Shown piece by piece: positions 38,701-64,000 of a stretch of 64,000 bases of DNA. Source of the stretch: Lingula anatina (Eukaryota; Animalia; Brachiopoda); NCBI GenBank assembly GCA_051362555.1, contig CM120648.1, positions 411,721 to 475,720 of the forward strand, given 5' to 3'. The notes under the pieces are model-generated. The model did no database searches, was not told the DNA's origin, and was given only the letters and a program-made list of their open reading frames with translations. The position numbers were made by a program, and so were the translations under genes. Position 1 is the stretch's first letter. Each line of letters begins with the position of its first letter.

Positions 38701-40371
38701 GAGATAATGTATAAGCAAAGGGAAGTACTTGTCTATGTAACATAGATAGGGAGCGTACACAGTGATGGTATTCAGACTAACAGATCTGCTTAGTAAACAT
38801 GACCGACTCACCTAAAAAACAGCCTCGCCCAATCCCCTAATTTTGTTCTTTAATACAGGGACTGATGATGTTGATTTAGGAAATTGATTTGGATAGACGT
38901 GCAGTTGTGATCATTGTGATTGTGTGAATCAGACCAAAGATGATGTCAGTTCGACTTGTAATGTATCTGTGAGTATCAAAATATTTTATTTGTAACAAAT
39001 ATGTAATTTTTTGGTTGTGTTCTATTTCAGCTGGCCAGAAAGACATGCCTGATATCCCAATTTATTTCATCACCTGTGACCCTGCTAGAGACACTCCTGA
39101 CGTCATGAAAAGATACAATGAAGGTGAGTGATGACAGAGAGAAAAAAATCCTAATACCTTGTACTTTTTGAAATAAATTTTGTTTTAAGTGTTGTTTAAA
39201 AGAGATACTTAATTCCAAAATTTTGCATCAGGATAGGTGGGGATGTGCCTTAAGTCTTCAATCAAAGTTATTTGTCATGAACAGAAAACTGTCTTCGAAA
39301 TCGGTAGTGTTCTGAGGATAGTTTATTAAGCAAAGATATAAATAAAATTAATTTGATATGAAACATTTTATTGCAGGGAAACTTAAAGATGAAATCAATC
39401 TCATAAGTGGTCTCTCTAGAGTACCAGACAAGAAATTCAATTTTAATTTGTTTATTTTTAATTATATTTTTCATTGATTGATTGGATTGGCTGTAATGTA
39501 TAGAAATATCATTAATCTAAAATGACCTGTCTATTTATAGAAATCTCTTCAAGAATCATTGGTCTGACAGGACCAGAAGACAAGGTGTTGGATGCCTGTA
39601 AACAGTACAGGGTATACTTTAGTAATGGCCCCAAAGACAGAGACGGGGATTATATCGTAAGTAGACTCATACCTTACATATACCACAGTTGTCACATCTA
39701 ACACAATCTGCAGCTGTCACATCTAACACAATCTACAGTTGTCACATCTAACACAACTGTAGCTATCGTATCTGGGTACAGTCTGAACCATTATTGCGTT
39801 AAAGTCACAACTAACACAATGTGTTGTATATGGTATAAAACCTGGTGCTGTGCTGGTTTAGTCACAACACTTTGGTTTGATATGATTTTTGATGATTAAT
39901 TAACTTTATTTATTTATTTATTGTTTATAAAAGCGAAAGAATTTATTTTTCCCTGGTAATTAAGATATTAATATCTTAATGAGTTAATTAAGTAATTAAC
40001 TCATTAAGATATTTACAATCTAGAAACATGAAATTCAGATTTCACTTTTTAAAGCAATTTTCTTTAATTTGTGTCTATTTCTTTTGAGAGAGATTCAAAA
40101 GCTTAAAACTTACAAATGAAAAAAAAATGGGTTAATGGGTTTTGATACTCAGCAGTATTAGAATGAGTATTTTGATGTTATATTACATACCTGTACAAGA
40201 CTGAGAAATAGTGACTAATTGTTCCCCTACCTCCAGGTGGATCACAGTGTGATAACATACCTCATGGACCCCCAGGGAAAGTGCCAGGCTTTTTACTCCA
40301 GAGACTCTACTGTGGAATCTGTAGCCAGAGATATCAGGCAAAAAATAACATCTTGGGTGCCACAGTCCTGA
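35719..40371 (+). CDS. SCO1: SCO1/SCO2-family mitochondrial copper chaperone for cytochrome c oxidase assembly
   Basis: Exons 35719-35799, 36363-36407, 37103-37202, 37847-38143, 39031-39123, 39541-39656, 40237-40371 splice in frame. Arg-rich transit peptide, one TM helix, [21 protein letters not shown] (CxxxC), [28 protein letters not shown] (copper-ligand His). Confidence 0.93.
36862..37066. mobile_element. Fold-back element with ~55-bp inverted arms in SCO intron 2
   Basis: TCAGAACAGATGATC...CTAAATATGGCCGACCC (36862-36915) versus GGGTCGGCCATATTTAG...GATCATCTGTTCTGA (37013-37066). Confidence 0.75.
39959..40013. repeat. Overlapping perfect AT-rich palindromes
   Basis: ATTAAGATATTAATATCTTAAT (22-bp palindrome) overlaps AATATCTTAATGAGTTAATTA-AG-TAATTAACTCATTAAGATATT (21-bp stem, 2-nt loop). 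Confidence 0.9.
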
Positions 40372-41154
40372 TGAAGATGAGATGAGGATAATTGTATAAA
40401 TTATGGACTCCATGCTCTCTTCTGCCAGGAGCCTGAAGACAAACTTGTAATAATAGTCAGGGGTTAAAGTGTTCAGTATTATGCCTGATTCAGGATTGTC
40501 AGTCTTCATGATCGTGTTTGTCTGATGGTCTAAAGAATTTTCAGTTTTTTCAACTTTCACCCCTGGTTGTAGCATGTGGCAAAGATGAGGTCTGTTTCAT
40601 GGCCCTTGTTCACACTGAGCAGAACAGTTGCCTGCATCGCATAGGTTTGACATAATGGCAAGTTAATAGCCTGGTGATTATGTAAGATAGCTTAAAAGGA
40701 TCTCAGCTCTTGACTGGAGCTTTCAAACGATCAGAACTTTGTGAAATGGAGTAAAATTCCCATAGCATGATTAAAAAAAATATTTGCTAACTCGGGTCTA
40801 GTCAAACTGGTTCAAAACAGAAAAATGCATTGCTCAATGTGAAAAGGACCAATGTGATGTGACAGGCCATGTTGGCCCACATAATTTTGTTTTCTTTTTA
40901 ACTTATTTCTACCAGTCTGGGTAAATATTCTTATTCAATTATCTATGTAAGCTACAGATGCAGTCATTATTTTGAAGACTTACAACAAGTAGGCAACCAC
41001 AAAAAAAAAAAGATCAGATTAGAGTAAAACGTAAAGGAGACCAAGGCTGTGCGTGATATCTAAAGCAATTTTGAGTTCAAGCAGTGATAAATATATTTGG
41101 ACGAGAAATTTAGAGTGTATTATACTGATGAATTTAAAGAAAGGATTCAGGACC

Positions 41155-43392
41155 TTTTTATGTACAGACACAGATGTGTCTGTACATATAGCCATCATCT
41201 GCGTCTGTCGTCGCCGTCGCCGTCGCTGTCACCGTCGTCGCCGTCGCCGTGCACTTTTACCGATAACACGATAAGTGGAAAACTGTTTTTTCTTTTGGCT
41301 TGAAACTTACAGAACTGATGAATATTCATAATACGCAGGTCAAGTTCGAAAATCAGCATGATCGGGTCACTTATAGGGAATTTATGCTGTTTTTTCACTT
41401 TTTTCAGCATATATGCAGCACCGATAACACGATAAGTGGAAAACCATTTTACCTTTTGGCTTGAAACTTACAGAACTGATGAATATTCATAATACGCAGG
41501 TCAAGTTCGAAAATCAGCATGATCGGGTCACTTATAGGGAATTTATGCTGTTTTTTCACTTTTTTCAGCATATATGCAGCACCGATAACATGATAAGTGG
41601 AAAACCATTTTACCTTTTGGCTTGAAACTTACAGAACTGATGTATATTCATAATACGCAGGTCAAGTTAGAAAATCAGCATGATCGGGTCATTTTTAGGG
41701 AAGTTATGCTGTTTTTCACTTTTTTCACCATATATGCAACACTGATAACATGATAAGTGAAAAATCATTTTACCTTTTGGCTTGAAACTTGCAGAACTAA
41801 TGAATATTCATATTACGCAGGTCAAGTTCGAAAATCAGCATGATCGGGTCATAAGTTATGCTGTTTTTTTCACTTTTTTCAGCATATATGCAGCACCGAT
41901 AACATGATAAGTGGAAAACCGTTTTTTCTTTTGGCTTGAAACATACAGAACTGATGAATATCCATAATACGCAGGTCAAGTTCGAAAATCAGCATGATTG
42001 GGTCACTTATAGGGAATTTATGCTGTTTTTTCACTTTTTTCAGCATGTATGCAACACCTTTGTGCTATATGATGGTACTGTATGGATGGCAGTCTATAAA
42101 ATTGTCCCTTGGGTGATCACTAATTTAATTAAGGTCTATAAAGTCACTTGCCTACTCATTAATTTTCAATTGGCCATTAAATGAGATTACATAAAACACT
42201 CCTTGAGATTTCCCTGTAAAGTCCCATAGGTTTAGCTCTCTTAACTGTGTCACAAAATTAGGATTTGGTGATAATTGTGCAGATAAATGGTGTTAAACAT
42301 TGCAAATAAATTTACAACAAAAAGAATGTGTTATGCCAACATGCTATAGATGAATAACAGTGCTTTATTTTTCTCAAACTTGGTGGGGTTATTAATATCA
42401 AGTTAATACAGCTAGATTAAAAGTTTGAATAGCAGCTTTATTGGAATTTTTTACGTTTTATTTAAAATTTTTTTTTAATTTTTTTAAAAATATTTCAAAC
42501 ACTAGATGTGATTTTTTACTCCCACCCACCAGAAGTGCTGTGCATTTTCTGTATTTTTGTATATAATTGTTATTTCTTCAGATTTAATTCTTAGGCATGT
42601 TAACAGTCTCATTATGGAACTAATAAGATATGTAAAAGTGTTGTTTTGACATTTTCTGCTTCTTAACAATATTGTTGATTATATAAAAATGTTATAATAT
42701 TGTGCATTGTGTAATAAAGTATCATAAATGGAAAGGAACTCATCATTGCAGTTTGTCAGATTTAATCATTCACTATGTTCAGCATCTGCAAATGGAGCAA
42801 ATTGGACATTGAAAATTGTTCTATTGATATAGTTGAACATTTAAAAATTACAGTTTATTGATCATTTTGTTTTAAAAAAGGTGTTGAAAATGGAAAGAAA
42901 ATCATTTCAGTACAGTTATCTCTTGTTTACATTTTGGCATTTTGAAAGTGTGACTCTGAACTTCCATGGCCTTGAAGACCTTCCCAAATCACATTTTCTG
43001 AATATTCATGATACTTTTATTTTTTTATAAAAAATTTGATGGTCATTATGCTGTTAAGTATTATGTTTTATTGCATGAAAGTTGAAGAAAACCCTATTTT
43101 GGACACTGCTGCCAGGATAGCGATTAAGGGAAAACCATGTTACTTACGATACTGAAACTTACTGAAAAGTTTCATAAGACAGAAGTGCAGCTTGTGTTTG
43201 AAAACCAGTGTGATTGTTTTCTGTTTTGGAGGCAATGCAGGTTTATAGAGTGCTATACTGGCATTTTCAAGTTGTGACTTATCACTCCCATCTGCCAGGA
43301 GCCCTGTACTCTTACTTTGTAACATTTTCTGTATTTTGTTAAGTTACAAGAATGATTCTTAGGATTGACATACAGCCAAAAAAAAAAAAAAA

Positions 43393-43460
<68 letters not shown>

Positions 43461-43957
43461 TTTTAATGAGTTTAAGCAATTTTTTTTTGTGTTTAATTTT
43501 CACTGTGCCTCATTCTGGCACTTCCAAAGTTTAACTCTTATCAGCCTGACACCTTAGGGACTATTTCCAGACCCTATCACGCTAACTGTGGATTGATCTA
43601 TCTCCATGGGAATTCTCTCTAAATTGCAATCAATGTAAGTGGCTTAGTTGTCTGTCACGCCTACTGAAACTGGCATGCCAGAATCCTAAGACTCTCAAAC
43701 TGAAAGCAATTTAGTGAGAAACCCCTTGGAGTTGGATTGATCCTGTTAGATTGATCTAGGTATGGGAACTTAGTCTAATGCTTGATACACATTTTAATTT
43801 CATCCTAATCCAATGTTATGCAGAATAAGAATTTGATTTTGGCTATGCAGTTACAGTAAGCATAATACATTAGTTCATCAGAATTGACAGTATCCTATTT
43901 CCTGCGTTTTTATTTTCTGGTTTTTGTCTGTACATTTGACAGCTTTGCTGCCTTGTT
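41155..43957 (+). mobile_element. Non-autonomous Helentron-type element (HINE/DINE-1/pearl-like), copy 2
   Basis: TTTTTA-TGTACAGACACAGATGTGTCTGTACA at 41155-41186, (GTCGCC)n microsatellite, five ~161-bp units, and a body homologous to 15690-16770. The 3' subterminal IR TGTCTGTACA at 43925-43934 is followed by a stem-loop and CCTTGTT. It contains extra insertions: (AT)n and a MITE at ~43555-43780. Confidence 0.8.
41260..42058 (+). repeat. ~161-bp tandem repeat x5 inside HINE copy 2
   Basis: C(C/T)GATAACA recurs at 41260, 41421, 41582, 41742 and 41896. Confidence 0.92.
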
Positions 43958-44767
43958 GTAACATTTGAACATGGGGGCTGACAGCTTCAGAAGAGAGTTG
44001 ACGTGATAATTTGCTGTGTAATAATAAGGGAAATTAACACAAGTACCATGCATTCATATCAAGTGAATTACTGTTTAGAGTATGTCAGTATGTTTATAAT
44101 GTAAAATGTTTTCTTTAAAGAAAAGGTATTCTTTTAGTTCCTATAATGTAAAAAAAATAGCACTCAATGCAAGAAGAAAAGTGTTTGGCTAATTCTTAAA
44201 ATAAAAATCAATGAAAATTATTACATAATACTGCAAATTGGTATGAATCAACTTGAACTCTATTGATAATATCATGGATGAATGATTCACAAAAAATTAT
44301 AGGAAAACATATTGATAAAATATAACCATTTATTTTGAAACCCAATATAGGAACCAATTTCTGTAAATGGAATGTTTGTAAGCAATTTGGCATTTGCCAC
44401 AGATCCTAATTTGAATATACAATTATGTATGCTTTTCACTAAATCTTAGTTACTTTATTTTTCTGTTAAAGATGTGACATATTATTAGAGATCCTTCGAT
44501 ACTTGCATGTGGAAGCCTGTATTGCAGCAGTACAGCAATGTTTGTACGATTTGATTTTCCTGACAAAAATAAAAGAGCAGACTTCGCCTCATATAATAGT
44601 ACTTTTCATAAAATGAAGATTTACAGAGACAAAATATGTTTTAAAATGGATGAGCGACCGATGAGTTCATCGGCATCAACAATATTTTTTTTACAAAGTT
44701 AACAACAGCAGTAAATCAAAGTTTTAAAACAAAAATTAAAATTCATCCACATTTTAACATGACCGTA

Positions 44768-44987
44768 GTGGCGGATCCAGGGAAGGCCACATCTTGGTCA
44801 CGTGACCCTAGAGCGTTTAAGCCATTCCTTTCCCCCCACCCCCCAAAAAGAAAGCTGTCTTTCGACCAGTGTGCCCTTCCTATAACAACATATTTGCCTC
44901 GTCTGTTGTTTTATATCTGCTAAGCGAGGCAAATAGTTTGTTACTTGTGTCCTCAATCTCAAAAAGAAAAAACTCCTGGATCCGCCC
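44768..44987. mobile_element. ~220-bp MITE-like element just 3' of the EGF/CBM14 gene stop
   Basis: Terminal inverted repeats GGCGGATCCAGG ... CCTGGATCCGCC. Confidence 0.65.
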
Positions 44988-45008
44988 GGGTGCGCTGATG
45001 TAATATAT

Positions 45009-63853
<18,845 letters not shown>

Positions 63854-64000
63854 CTTTTGTGAAAATGAAATTTATAATAAATTGTATGATATAAGATATG
63901 TAAGTTCATACCGCACTATCTTTCATTTATATAATTAGACGTACCTCAGTATCATTCATGTGATACATGAATATTCATTATTGTTATCTTCTTTTTCTTC

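Noticed and set aside
35719-40371. Bacterial origin (HGT) of SCO or MATE
   Set aside because: Both have many spliceosomal introns and metazoan-type features (transit peptide, TM13 tail).

Overview
This is eukaryotic, AT-rich, intron-rich genomic DNA from a marine invertebrate, most likely a lophotrochozoan (inferred from gene families and repeat types; the species cannot be fixed from this window). From left to right it contains: an intronless dmsr-1/myosuppressin-receptor-like GPCR (+); a multi-exon alkaline phosphatase (-, 5' exon not located); a Helentron-type non-autonomous element carrying a ~161-bp satellite array; a broken rhodopsin-class GPCR with an internal duplication; an 18-coding-exon MATE/SLC47A transporter (-) head-to-head with a 7-exon SCO1/2 copper chaperone (+); a second, inverted copy of the Helentron-type element; and the 3' part of a large gene (-) encoding at least 25 calcium-binding EGF modules followed by six chitin-binding (CBM14) domains with no transmembrane segment. 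Introns of that last gene hold a 1.3-kb TA-flanked TIR element and a young 5'-truncated L2/CR1-type LINE. The most striking unexplained pattern is that many intronic tandem repeats are amplified copies of the genes' own splice junctions (CAG|GT cores), and two of these arrays are frame-preserving, so they could act as nascent introns, micro-exons or variable-length protein inserts. All exon coordinates were read by eye from GT-AG boundaries and reading frame; no searches were run.
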